From Patescibacteria group bacterium (GTDB lineage Bacteria; Patescibacteriota; Microgenomatia; Levybacterales; UBA12049), in assembly GCA_023473785.1 (NCBI GenBank), contig JAMCYD010000001.1:1-48486 (forward strand): 48,486 nt of DNA. Reading direction: 5' to 3'. The notes under the pieces were generated by a model. It searched no databases. It saw only the letters and a list, made by a program, of their open reading frames with translations, and was not told the origin of the DNA. Below are positions 19,561 through 28,798 of this stretch, in pieces. Positions within the stretch are counted from its first letter, which is position 1; every line of letters begins with the position of its first letter. The position numbers were made by a program, and so were the translations under genes.

Positions 19561-19634
19561 GCTCTAACGCGTCGTCCATTCCTCGTCTGATATAATCTCC
19601 TTACGGTAAGCTTGGTTAATTAGGCTTTTATTTT

Positions 19635-20243
19635 ATGGATTATTTGGGGTATTTTAAAAGAGTAGATCCTGTCATTTACGGTTTATCCCTAAGAGCTGGG
19701 ATAAAAAATATTGAAGTTCCCAAGGACTATTTTACCTCATTGACCCGAAAGATAGTAGGACAACAGCTATCGGTAAAAGCCGCGCAAACTATTTTTTCAA
19801 GATTCGTATTGCTTTTTCCGAAAGGAAATATTTCACCGAAGAGTCTACTGGAAATAAAAGATGAAGATATAAGGGGAGCAGGTCTTTCCTGGCCAAAGGT
19901 CCGCTATCTAAAAGCAATGGCACAGGATATTTTGGATAAAAAGGTGGTATTGGAGGGACTTGATAAGCTAACTGACGAGCAAATCATAGAAATTCTTACC
20001 AAGCTTAAAGGTTTTGGCCGGTGGAGCGCTGAGATGTTTCTGATGTTTGATCTTGGAAGAGAAGATATCTTCTCAGCAGGGGATTTAGGATTAAGAAGAG
20101 CAATTGAAAGACATTACAAACTGAAAAATCCATCAGAGAAGAGGCTTCTTAGCATATCTAAGAAATGGACGCCCTACAGAACTTATGCGTGCCGCGTGCT
20201 ATGGAAAAGCCTCGAGCTTAACCAAGCCCTAAACAAATTTTGA
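19635..20243 (+). CDS. alkA: DNA-3-methyladenine glycosylase II (AlkA, HhH-GPD)
   Basis: IVGQQLSVKAA, GLS..K, LKGFGRWSAEMFLMF, D.F..GDLG, W.PYRTYA. Confidence 0.9.
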   Translation: MDYLGYFKRVDPVIYGLSLRAGIKNIEVPKDYFTSLTRKIVGQQLSVKAAQTIFSRFVLLFPKGNISPKSLLEIKDEDIRGAGLSWPKVRYLKAMAQDILDKKVVLEGLDKLTDEQIIEILTKLKGFGRWSAEMFLMFDLGREDIFSAGDLGLRRAIERHYKLKNPSEKRLLSISKKWTPYRTYACRVLWKSLELNQALNKF

Positions 20244-20255
20244 TATAATCATCTC

Positions 20256-20468
20256 ATGTATCCTAGGCTTCTTTTATACATTCTTCTTGCAATGATATTT
20301 TATGATTTTTCAATACATCTAATTTATTTCTTCAAAAAAGAACAGTTCTTTTTAAAACGAAAAATTAATTATTGGCCAGAGTGGTCAGGACGCAAATATC
20401 AAACCTTTTGGGTTCTTTTCTGGGGAAGTGCTCTTTTACTCTTGTTGATTTATATACTTTCTAAATAG
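20256..20468 (+). CDS. small two-TM membrane protein
   Basis: 70 aa, two hydrophobic stretches; TGATATAAT 6 nt before ATG. Confidence 0.7.
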   Translation: MYPRLLLYILLAMIFYDFSIHLIYFFKKEQFFLKRKINYWPEWSGRKYQTFWVLFWGSALLLLLIYILSK

Positions 20469-20603
20469 GTAATTCAGATAGTAATTCCCCGCATAATTAA
20501 TCAAAGGGAGTAAGTTAGCCTCAAAGAAGATATCAAAATACATACCCCCGAATAGGACAATGGAATCTTTTGCTATAATAAATAACAATCGAGAGTAATT
20601 AAA

Positions 20604-21152
20604 ATGTCAAAAATTGACTTTAATACTAAACTTTATAAAATTAAAGACTGGACAATTCTTAGACTCCCGCAAGATGCAAGTGCAAAACTTCCTACAAGAA
20701 GTATGACTATGGTTTCGGGGACTATCAACGGCGTTCCTTTTAAAACCTTGCTTGAGCCTGATGGGGTGTATGGACAGGGGAAAAAACCGAGCCATTGGTT
20801 TAAGCCCGACGAAAAATTGCTTGACGCCGCTTCTGCCAAAGCAGGCGACACCGTACGAGTTTTGCTTGAACCAACTAAAGAATGGGTAGAGCCGGAAGTT
20901 CCCGAGGATTTGAAGAAAGCTCTTTCAACTTCCAAAAAAGCTGAAGATTTATGGAAAGACATTACCACAAGTGCTCGTTGGGACTGGATCCGCTGGATCC
21001 GGGCTGTCAAAGCTCCCGAAACTCGCCAAAAGCATCTTCAGGTAATGCTGGACAAACTTAATAAAGGTATGAGAAGGCCGTGCTGTTTTAACCGCAATCT
21101 ATGCAGCGAGCCTTATGTATCGCATAACTGGGCGCTTCTTGAGCCCGCATAA
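20604..21152 (+). CDS. DUF1905 + YdeI/OmpD-associated family protein
   Basis: V.GTING.PF, EVPEDL..AL, WI..K.PETR motifs, C-terminal RRPCCF. Confidence 0.8.
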   Translation: MSKIDFNTKLYKIKDWTILRLPQDASAKLPTRSMTMVSGTINGVPFKTLLEPDGVYGQGKKPSHWFKPDEKLLDAASAKAGDTVRVLLEPTKEWVEPEVPEDLKKALSTSKKAEDLWKDITTSARWDWIRWIRAVKAPETRQKHLQVMLDKLNKGMRRPCCFNRNLCSEPYVSHNWALLEPA

Positions 21153-21223
21153 ACAATCGCAGCAAGCAAAATAGATTCTAATCCTTCAGATCCTTCAGTG
21201 TAACTTTGTTTGAATTTTACTTC

Positions 21224-21279
21224 TTGACAACAGTTTGTTTATGTGATATGTTTCTAACATAAGGTTAATTATATCTAAC
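21224..21279 (+). promoter_or_regulatory. sigma70 promoter with two candidate XRE operators
   Basis: TTGACA 21224-21229, 17 nt, TATGTT; imperfect palindromes GTGATATGTTTCTAAC (21243-21258) and GTTAATTATATCTAAC (21264-21279). Confidence 0.6.
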
Positions 21280-21286
21280 TAAAAAT

Positions 21287-21715
21287 ATGATAGCAAAGCC
21301 AAATTGGTTTAACAGAAGAAAATATACGGGTTGGGGACTAATGCCTAAAGCTTGGCAAGGCGTTGTATATGTTGTAATCATTGTCGCAGTAATAGTTTTT
21401 ATTCAAAATCTTGCTTTAGATGAAACGCTAAAAATGATTTTGACAGGAATCTGGGCGATCTTTGTCTTAATCGATGTTTTACAAGTTATGGCCTCAATTA
21501 AATTAGATGAAAGAGAGCAAAAAATTGAAGCAATTGCAGAGAGGAACGCATCATGGACAATGGTTGCCTCAACAGCTTTAGTTATTCTTTATATTACAAC
21601 TATTGGAAAAGAGCTAAAAGGTGCAGAATTAATTCCAGCTCTAATTTTCCCGATTGCAGCCGGGGTTATTGTTAAGGGATTATCAAATTTTATTTTAGAC
21701 AAGCAAGGAGTATAG
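21287..21715 (+). CDS. membrane protein (DUF2178-like) paired with XRE regulator
   Basis: Four TM segments with a DERE loop motif, upstream of an HTH_3 gene. Confidence 0.65.
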   Translation: MIAKPNWFNRRKYTGWGLMPKAWQGVVYVVIIVAVIVFIQNLALDETLKMILTGIWAIFVLIDVLQVMASIKLDEREQKIEAIAERNASWTMVASTALVILYITTIGKELKGAELIPALIFPIAAGVIVKGLSNFILDKQGV

Positions 21716-21724
21716 GGATGAAAG

Positions 21725-21913
21725 ATGAAGACGAGAATAAAAGAATTTCGGGCAAAATATAATCTTACCCAAGAAGAATTGGCAGAAAAAGTAGGAGTAA
21801 GAAGAGAGACAATCGTTTTTTTGGAGAAGGGAAAATATAACCCGTCTTTAAAATTAGCTTTCGATATTTCTAAAGTCCTAAACGCTAAAATAGAAGAATT
21901 GTTTCTGTTTTAA
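21725..21913 (+). CDS. XRE/HTH_3 transcriptional regulator
   Basis: [30 protein letters not shown]. Confidence 0.93.
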   Translation: MKTRIKEFRAKYNLTQEELAEKVGVRRETIVFLEKGKYNPSLKLAFDISKVLNAKIEELFLF

Positions 21914-21985
21914 ATGGGGAAGAATTTCAAATCATCAAGCACTTATTAAATTGACAGCAAATAACAATTGATTTATATTTGTATT

Positions 21986-22354
21986 GTGAATAGACAATTA
22001 CTTAAAGACACTTTAGGTTGGGGATTTTTGCTTTGGTTAATTGGTTATATTTTGGGCATTGTTCTTTTTATGGTTGTTCCACCAATGCTTCTTGGCTGGA
22101 TAATTATGCCAGTTGGAATTGTCATCACGCTTTGGGTTTTGTTGAAAAAAATTAAAGCCGGTTCGCTTAATTATTATCTGTTATTGGCAGTTGTTTGGAC
22201 ACTTATCGCCGTTGTTTTTGATTACTTTTTTCTGGTTAAAATCTTTAAGCCCGCAGGCGGATATTACAAATTAGATGTCTACTTATACTATATTCTGACA
22301 TTTGTTTTACCCCTTGCTGTTAGTTGGTATAAATTAAACCAAAAGCACATTTAA
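21986..22354 (+). CDS. four-TM membrane protein
   Basis: Hydrophobic ORF; GTG 21986 lies 6 nt after TATATT, with TTGACA at 21951. Confidence 0.75.
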   Translation: MNRQLLKDTLGWGFLLWLIGYILGIVLFMVVPPMLLGWIIMPVGIVITLWVLLKKIKAGSLNYYLLLAVVWTLIAVVFDYFFLVKIFKPAGGYYKLDVYLYYILTFVLPLAVSWYKLNQKHI

Positions 22355-22366
22355 TATAATTTCGTC

Positions 22367-22726
22367 ATGCAAAAATATAGTTCAACAGATGAATACATAA
22401 ACAATTTTCCGCTTAAAGTGCAGGATAAGCTTAATAAGATGAGACAGGCGATAAAAGAAGAAGTCCCTTCGGAAACTCAAGAAAAAATAGGTTACGGGAT
22501 TCCGACATTTTACCTAAAAGGCAATTTGGTTCACTTTGCCGCATTTAAGGATCACATAAGCTTTTTCCCAACAAGCTCCGGCGTTGCCAAATTTATGAAT
22601 GAACTGTCAAAATACCAAATTTCCAAAGGCACAATCCAGTTTCCCTTAAGCGAGGAGCTACCAATTGCGCTTATTAAAAAAATTGTAAAATTTAGAGTGA
22701 AAGAAAATTTAGAAAAGAAAGGGTGA
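22367..22726 (+). CDS. DUF1801/YdhG family protein
   Basis: DEYI, EKIGYGIPTF, LVHFAAFKDHI, SKGTIQFP...LP..LI.KIV. Confidence 0.88.
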   Translation: MQKYSSTDEYINNFPLKVQDKLNKMRQAIKEEVPSETQEKIGYGIPTFYLKGNLVHFAAFKDHISFFPTSSGVAKFMNELSKYQISKGTIQFPLSEELPIALIKKIVKFRVKENLEKKG

Positions 22727-22778
22727 GTTTCATCCCGCGGAGCTGGATCTTTAACTTCAAAGTGATTTAATACTTTTA

Positions 22779-23297
22779 ATGAAGAAAGCAATTGTTTTAA
22801 CAGCAGATAAGTTTGAAGATATGGAAGTTTATGTTCCAATCTTCAGGCTTATGGAAGAAGGGTGGCAGGTTGATGTAGCTGCTCCCAAAAAAGAAGAAAT
22901 CAGCGGTGAGAATGGATATTCGTTAATGCCGGATAAAACTATTTCTCAGGTTAATCCTGATGATTACGATCTTTTAATTATTCCAGGAGGTTCTCCAGAC
23001 GGAGCCCCAGCAACTGTTCGCAAAATCAAAAAAGCCCAGGAAATTACTAAGTCTTTTTTTGCAAAGAATAAACCGGTTGCTTCAATTTGCCACGGTCCCT
23101 GGACGCTTGCCGATGCAGGCGTTGTTAAGGGCAGACATTTAACATCGTTTTGGCATGATAATGTACCCGAAGATATAAAAAAAGCCGGGGGGATTTGGGA
23201 AGATAAAGAAGTAGTTGTCGACGGAAATTTAATTACATCGCGCTATCCTATGGACCTACCCTTCTTTCTGAGGGAATTAATGAAGATATTAAAATAA
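22779..23297 (+). CDS. PfpI/DJ-1 family protease/deglycase
   Basis: FEDME, IIPGG, ICHGPW nucleophile, VVVDGNLITSR.P.DL. Confidence 0.92.
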   Translation: MKKAIVLTADKFEDMEVYVPIFRLMEEGWQVDVAAPKKEEISGENGYSLMPDKTISQVNPDDYDLLIIPGGSPDGAPATVRKIKKAQEITKSFFAKNKPVASICHGPWTLADAGVVKGRHLTSFWHDNVPEDIKKAGGIWEDKEVVVDGNLITSRYPMDLPFFLRELMKILK

Positions 23298-23371
23298 TAG
23301 ATACCAACTTTTTCTATTCTTCGGAGTACGCTATTCTAGTCTAGAAGCATTTTTGATATAATTTCCCTACT

Positions 23372-23941
23372 GTGGCCAAAGAAGATCAACCTGGAAAATC
23401 TCAAGCGTTAGCTCTTCCCGTTGCGGATTTCGATTCATTCTGTAAACAGCTTTTGGAAGAAGGCCTAGGTTATGATCAGTTGCCGCAGGAAATAGTAGAA
23501 AAAGTAGGCACTCATACGAGCATTTTGCTTCATGATTACCCCAAAAAGGATGGGCGATGGATCTCTATTCATTATAGAGAAGGTCTTGAGTCGCTGGCCG
23601 GTATTAAAACGTTTCTAGGAAGGGGTAGGGCATTTTTAACAAATTTAGCAAACGACTTGTATCTTCTTTCAGAAAGGTTAGAAGGAGATTTAAGAGACGT
23701 TGACATGATTTACGGCCTTTCTCAAGTATCAGCCTCTTGGGGAGGAAACCATGGTTTTTCCACAGAAAAATTTACAGACGACCCTGAAATTATCAGAAGA
23801 CACATTCAATCAATTACCGGCCTATCACCTCAAACAAACGATCAAGCTCCTTTAACTCTTTTTGTAATTGGAAGAGAGGTATTTCTTCGGCATTTTCATA
23901 GAGTCCCTAAGGCTCAGGCTGTCGATCTAGTTGGTAATTAA
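23372..23941 (+). CDS. hypothetical protein
   Basis: 189-aa ORF, GTG start after TGATATAAT; no family recognised. Confidence 0.7.
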   Translation: MAKEDQPGKSQALALPVADFDSFCKQLLEEGLGYDQLPQEIVEKVGTHTSILLHDYPKKDGRWISIHYREGLESLAGIKTFLGRGRAFLTNLANDLYLLSERLEGDLRDVDMIYGLSQVSASWGGNHGFSTEKFTDDPEIIRRHIQSITGLSPQTNDQAPLTLFVIGREVFLRHFHRVPKAQAVDLVGN

Positions 23942-23995
23942 TCCGCTGATTTTTAGTCCAAATTTATACCCTTGAAATTTTGCTATAATGTTGGA

Positions 23996-24568
23996 GTGAG
24001 AAACGCAATTGTCCTTCATGGCGGTCCCAGTAAGAAAGAATATTACGATCCAAAAATGCCAAGCATGAGTAACTCTCATTGGATACCCTGGCTTCAAGGC
24101 CAGTTGTTAAAAAATGAAATTTCAACCGCAACGCCTGAAGTGCCACATTCCTTTAACCGTCATTGGCCAACTTGGGAAAAAGAAGTGAAGCGTTTTGATA
24201 TTACCCCTGAAACAATATTGGTTGGCCATAGTACGGGGGCTGGATTTTTCATTAAATACCTAAGCATTCATCCGGAAATTACCGTAGATAAAGTTGTTTT
24301 GGTTGCACCATGGCTTGATCCTTACCAAGAACACACTAAGAATTTTTTTGATGATTTTATTATTGATCCAGACTTAGCATCTCGGACTAAAGGAATAACC
24401 GTTCTTTATTCGGATGATGATGAAAAAAGCGTTCTTAGGACCGTAGAAATTATTAAAGAGAAAATTAAAAAGGCCGTCTTTAACGAGTTCCACGGTTATG
24501 GTCATTTTTGTTTTGAGGATTTAAAAACTGTTGAGTTTCCCGAACTTCTTAAAGTTATATTAAAGTAA
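23996..24568 (+). CDS. RBBP9/YdeN-type alpha/beta hydrolase
   Basis: IVLHG, WIPWL, LVGHSTG, LVAP, S.DD, GHF triad motifs; GTG start 6 nt after TATAAT. Confidence 0.85.
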   Translation: MRNAIVLHGGPSKKEYYDPKMPSMSNSHWIPWLQGQLLKNEISTATPEVPHSFNRHWPTWEKEVKRFDITPETILVGHSTGAGFFIKYLSIHPEITVDKVVLVAPWLDPYQEHTKNFFDDFIIDPDLASRTKGITVLYSDDDEKSVLRTVEIIKEKIKKAVFNEFHGYGHFCFEDLKTVEFPELLKVILK

Positions 24569-24631
24569 TAAGTTATAACTTTTTCCACCTTTCGGAACAT
24601 TATTTACTATGAAACGTGATATACTAATTTC

Positions 24632-24970
24632 ATGAGCATTCTTATTAAGTGGTTAGTGAGTGCGTTAGCCATTTTAGTTACAGCATATCTATTGCCGGGA
24701 ATTCACATCGCTAGCTTTACCACCGCACTTGTTGTTGCAGTTGTGCTGGGTATTATCAATACAGTTGTAAAACCAGTTCTTCTTATCCTTACGCTCCCGA
24801 TTACCATTCTCACTTTAGGCTTATTCACTCTTGTAATCAATGCAGCCGTTATTATCTTAACTTCTTATCTTGTTCCTGGGTTTAAAGTTGATGGGTTTTG
24901 GTGGGCTTTGCTTTTTAGTATAGTTTTATCAGTCGTAAATTGGTTCCTTAATCAATTAAAGACAAAATAA
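24632..24970 (+). CDS. YvlD/DUF360 membrane protein ('phage holin family')
   Basis: KPVL.ILTLP.TILTLGLF..VINA...PGF.V.GFWWA. Confidence 0.88.
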   Translation: MSILIKWLVSALAILVTAYLLPGIHIASFTTALVVAVVLGIINTVVKPVLLILTLPITILTLGLFTLVINAAVIILTSYLVPGFKVDGFWWALLFSIVLSVVNWFLNQLKTK

Positions 24971-25035
24971 GCTCTAGCACTCTCCATCAATTCCCGGAGC
25001 CAGTTTATATGTTGATTGATATAGTAAGCTAAAGT

Positions 25036-26013
25036 CTATTTTATAAATCCGCCAAGCGTATTAAAGAGGAGAGATTGAGAAGTATTCACTACTTTCCCAT
25101 TCTGCGCAGACAATTTTACCTGAACCGGAGAATTTACATCAAAAATACCAAATAATTTTCCTTTTTTCTCGCCTTGTACTGTATAATTTACCCCTGTTTC
25201 GTCTTTTGTTAAGTTAATTTTTGCTTTGGTTATATCCTGTGCGCTTAAAGATCCTTTCTCAAGAATGCCTTGAAGAGCTTCTGTTGGGAGAACAGAAACT
25301 TTTGTAGATGCATTGGAAGATGGAACGCTAAGCGAGTGCGTTAATGTATCTATTTGCAAGGGCAAGGCGGTTGTTACCTGTGTATGACCTTGCTGAATAG
25401 TTAATTGGCGAGCCTGGTCTGATTTAATTGTCAATACCGGTTGTCCATTTGATCCTTGTGCCACTACCTGATCAACGGTTTTACTGACAACATTACTTGG
25501 AGCAAAGGAAGTTGATTTTGGACTAACAATAGTTGGAGAAGTTTTCGGAGCTGTTGGCTTTGGAGAGGTTTTTGAATTTGCAGATATTCCCGTAGGTGAA
25601 GTTTTCGCAGCTTGATTTGTAATAGGTTGAGGAGTCTTTGGTGCTGCTTCGGTAGTTATTGTTACTTGCATTTTTTTATCATTATTGATGGGTGGATTGA
25701 TCTGAACAGTGCTTTGAGCGTGAGGAGGGACTAAGGGCACTACTTTTGCTGGCGTTTGTGATGCTGGATGAGAGGGTGGTGGAGGTGGAGGATTAGACTT
25801 TTGAGCAGGGGCTGCCGGCTTTGGCGATTCCTTAATTGGAATATTCTTAGCGGTACTTTCACCAAGGACGCCATTATTATTTGTGATAACCAAAATGACT
25901 TTTCCATCATCTTGAATAATTAAATCATCAGCTTTTGCAATCATAACCTGAGCTGAAAAGGGAAAGATAAGCAGAAGCAGTAAGAATAATGCAAATAATT
26001 TTTTTATACTCAT
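25036..26013 (-). CDS. exported protein with Pro/Thr/Ser-rich linker
   Basis: N-terminal signal peptide, KTSP repeats, C-terminal KLFGIF...LSAQNGKV. Confidence 0.75.
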   Translation of the reverse strand: MSIKKLFALFLLLLLIFPFSAQVMIAKADDLIIQDDGKVILVITNNNGVLGESTAKNIPIKESPKPAAPAQKSNPPPPPPSHPASQTPAKVVPLVPPHAQSTVQINPPINNDKKMQVTITTEAAPKTPQPITNQAAKTSPTGISANSKTSPKPTAPKTSPTIVSPKSTSFAPSNVVSKTVDQVVAQGSNGQPVLTIKSDQARQLTIQQGHTQVTTALPLQIDTLTHSLSVPSSNASTKVSVLPTEALQGILEKGSLSAQDITKAKINLTKDETGVNYTVQGEKKGKLFGIFDVNSPVQVKLSAQNGKVVNTSQSLLFNTLGGFIK

Positions 26014-26046
26014 AACTTATTAACTAATAGTATAGCATGACAACTA

Positions 26047-27045
26047 CTACTGTTTAATACGTCGTGCTATATTATCTACACTAAATCTCCCATCAATCAT
26101 AATTCTTGGGAAAAGATATAAGTTATCCTTACTTTGGTTTGTTCCGTAGACTGTTGAAGCTGCTCCCTTAAAACCCGCATCCCTAACTGTCTGGATAATA
26201 AACGGGCTATAGCTTCCATAAGGATATGCAAACCAATGCACGGGTTTTTTTAAGCGTTTTTCCAGATCAAGCTTGCTACCCTTTATTTCATCTACGATTT
26301 CCTTCTGGGAAAGATCTGGAAGATTGGGATGGTGACGGGTATGAGCTCCAATCTCAACCAGACCTGATTTATCCATTTCTATAATTTGATCCCATGTAAG
26401 ATAAGCAGGAATACCCAAAACCTGGGTAATGACAAATTGCACTGCTTTCATGTGATACTTCTTCAAAAGAGGAAAAGCATTTTCATAGAAATTCCTGTAT
26501 CCGTCATCAAAGGTGAGGACAATAGGATTTGGCGGTAGAGAGATTTTTCCATCCAATGCATCCGAAAGTTCATCAAGAGTAATTGCATGATAGTTATGTG
26601 TGCTAAGATAGGAAAGTTGCTGGTCAAGCTGATCAGGTGAGACATTTAAGGCTGCCCATACAGGATTACCCGGCATTGGATTTATACGAATATGATGGTA
26701 CATGAGAATTGGAATAAATAATTCGTTCGGGGCAACTATTGTTGAGGGAAGGTTTGTAAGGGGGGGCGGTTCTTGAAGTTCTGCAAGCTCAGTAATTCGG
26801 TTATAGTCTTGGTTTGACTTAATAATAAGTTTTGTCCCTGAAATGTTATTGGCAAGATCAAATCGTAGCGGAAACGTACTTTGCGCCCTTTTATAAAAAG
26901 CAAGCGCATCTTTAGCATTACCATACTTCAGAAGCGAGTCTGCGCGGTTTTTTAACTGCTCACTTTGATAGTAAAGCCATGAGCCTAAAACTGCTATAAG
27001 TGCAACAAAAACTATGATTAGGAGTAATTTTATTTTTTTTGTCAT
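26047..27045 (-). CDS. membrane-anchored polysaccharide deacetylase (CE4/NodB)
   Basis: PILMYH, LTFDDGY, GAHTRHH, FAYPYG; probable start MTKKIK (27045) before a TM helix. Confidence 0.9.
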   Translation of the reverse strand: MTKKIKLLLIIVFVALIAVLGSWLYYQSEQLKNRADSLLKYGNAKDALAFYKRAQSTFPLRFDLANNISGTKLIIKSNQDYNRITELAELQEPPPLTNLPSTIVAPNELFIPILMYHHIRINPMPGNPVWAALNVSPDQLDQQLSYLSTHNYHAITLDELSDALDGKISLPPNPIVLTFDDGYRNFYENAFPLLKKYHMKAVQFVITQVLGIPAYLTWDQIIEMDKSGLVEIGAHTRHHPNLPDLSQKEIVDEIKGSKLDLEKRLKKPVHWFAYPYGSYSPFIIQTVRDAGFKGAASTVYGTNQSKDNLYLFPRIMIDGRFSVDNIARRIKQ

Positions 27046-27159
27046 TTTCCGAAAAATCAGCCTACCATTTAGATTAACAACAAACATAAAAGATTTCCAG
27101 TATTGGGTTTTATAATCCAAACCTAGTATATATAAATGTAACAGTGTATAATGAGGTTT

Positions 27160-27279
27160 ATGGCGAAACGAGATACAGGAGTTGGGAAAAAGAAGAGGTC
27201 CCATTCATACAAGACCAAGAAAAGACTTGGAATAAAATATGAGATGCTGGCGAAAAAAGCCAGAAAGCGACATAAATAG
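27160..27279 (+). CDS. unannotated 39-aa highly basic small protein
   Basis: MAKRDTGVGKKKRSHSYKTKKRLGIKYEMLAKKARKRHK; TATAAT at 27147-27152, 7 nt before ATG, matching the window-wide pattern. Confidence 0.65.
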   Translation: MAKRDTGVGKKKRSHSYKTKKRLGIKYEMLAKKARKRHK

Positions 27280-27311
27280 AGTCTTCTAATATCTTTTGAT
27301 ATAATAAGCGT

Positions 27312-28055
27312 ATGGAGTCAAGACGCGTTGCATTGGTAACTGGTTCGTCAAGAGGAATTGGTGCTGGAGTAGCAAGATTTCTTTCTGACAGAGGATACTT
27401 TGTCCACACCACATATTATAAAGACCGTGACCTTATTCAAAAAGAGTTTGCCAAAAATCCTAATGCTCGCATTCACTATCTAGACTTACAGGATGAAAAA
27501 TCCGTAAGGAACACTATAGAATCTGTTAAGAAATTGTCGGGCGTGCTTCATCTTTTGGTCAATAATGCTACTGTCGATTATAATATTCCAATCGAAAAGA
27601 TGGATATTGAGGACTGGGATGAAACTTTTGATATTCGCGTCAGAGGAACATTCTTGATGACAAAGTATGCTTTACCTCTTCTCAAGAAAGCGCAAAGGTC
27701 AACTATTGTTAATATAACATCTTCGTGGGCAAATGAAACTCAACCCTCTTTTCCGGCAGCTGCTGCTGCAGAGGCGGCAAAAATGAATTTCACAAAAACC
27801 TCGGCAGTTGCTCTTGCAAGATATGGCATCAGGACTCACTCTGTCAATCCCGGCGTGACAAGGACACCTCTTTGGGATCCTTGGGGCGTTGACGATAAAG
27901 GGTGGGAAGAGATGGCTAAAAACAATCCATTGGGAAGAAATTGTACGCCTGAAGATGTGGCCCGGGTAATTTTTTATCTTGATTCAGAGGACGCCGCGTA
28001 TCTTAACGGTGAGGAGATATACGTCAACGGCGGAAATCACCTCCGTTCGTCGTAA
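27312..28055 (+). CDS. SDR-fold protein lacking the canonical YxxxK
   Basis: TGSSRGIG, LVNNA, VNPG...T, NPLGR..PEDVA, G..I.VNGG; catalytic region reads PAAAAAEAAK. Confidence 0.85.
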   Translation: MESRRVALVTGSSRGIGAGVARFLSDRGYFVHTTYYKDRDLIQKEFAKNPNARIHYLDLQDEKSVRNTIESVKKLSGVLHLLVNNATVDYNIPIEKMDIEDWDETFDIRVRGTFLMTKYALPLLKKAQRSTIVNITSSWANETQPSFPAAAAAEAAKMNFTKTSAVALARYGIRTHSVNPGVTRTPLWDPWGVDDKGWEEMAKNNPLGRNCTPEDVARVIFYLDSEDAAYLNGEEIYVNGGNHLRSS

Positions 28056-28152
28056 GCTCACTATCTCCTGATATAACTCTCTCGAGTCTCAGGTTTTTAG
28101 AAATGAGAACCTGGACAAAGGAAAAATTTAAAATAACGAGATACCTAATTGG

Positions 28153-28617
28153 TTATTTGTAGAGGTTTTTGACTTGGAAAAGAATATAAAATCCAATAAC
28201 AGCGGAAAGAATAGCGCCTACTATATATAGTTGTACCAGACTCGAGATAATAGAAATAAGCTGAGCCCAATACATATATCTCCAAGCTGCAATTTTTTTT
28301 GAGAAAAGTCCCGGTACTGCCATTATTTCAAGAAGGACAGCGGGAATAAGCAGAATTATCCCTATCCACATTGTCGGAACACCTGCAACAGAGCGTGCAC
28401 CACCTAAAGGTGCAAGCATAGTCGCAAGACTTCCAAGTCCAAAGAGTACCAAAATTGCGGGAATGGTGAAGATTAAAGAAATGATTACCAGATAAGGAGC
28501 GATTTTTACGATAATCTCTTTTATGTTTTGAGGAAGTGCCGGAGCTTTCTTGCCAAAATACTCATCAAGCGTTCCTTCAAGCTGCGAGAGCGGATTTTGT
28601 GAACTTGTTTCTGCCAT
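28153..28617 (-). CDS. conserved hypothetical membrane protein
   Basis: 154 aa, four TM segments; promoter TTGACA-17-TACGCT upstream on the minus strand. Confidence 0.8.
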   Translation of the reverse strand: MAETSSQNPLSQLEGTLDEYFGKKAPALPQNIKEIIVKIAPYLVIISLIFTIPAILVLFGLGSLATMLAPLGGARSVAGVPTMWIGIILLIPAVLLEIMAVPGLFSKKIAAWRYMYWAQLISIISSLVQLYIVGAILSAVIGFYILFQVKNLYK

Positions 28618-28798
28618 GTATATCTAGCGTATATGGTTAAAACTCGTTTGTCAAGGGGTTCTATAGGGGTCTGTATTTTACTTCCAATTAGATATAAAGT
28701 AGAGTAGAAGGTGATGTAGAAACTCTCTTATTGCTTATTTTTAAAAAATATGTCTAAATATAAAAGAGAACACTAAGTAAAAAGGAGGTGATTATTAA

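Noticed and set aside
20584..21159. 8-bp direct repeat AACAATCG flanking the YdeI-like gene as a target-site duplication
   Set aside because: Short and AT-rich with no terminal repeats or transposase; chance is plausible.
22250..22261. CCGCAGGCGG as another palindrome copy
   Set aside because: Only a 4-bp stem; explained by ordinary Pro-Ala-Gly codons.
27046..27204. N-terminal extension of the deacetylase in the ORF track
   Set aside because: It overlaps the small basic ORF and its promoter; the TM anchor begins right after Met at 27045.
17024..28617. Integron cassette array or prophage next to tRNA-Asn
   Set aside because: No integrase, no recognisable attC sites, no tRNA 3' duplication and no phage structural genes. 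The 'holin family' gene is the common chromosomal YvlD type.
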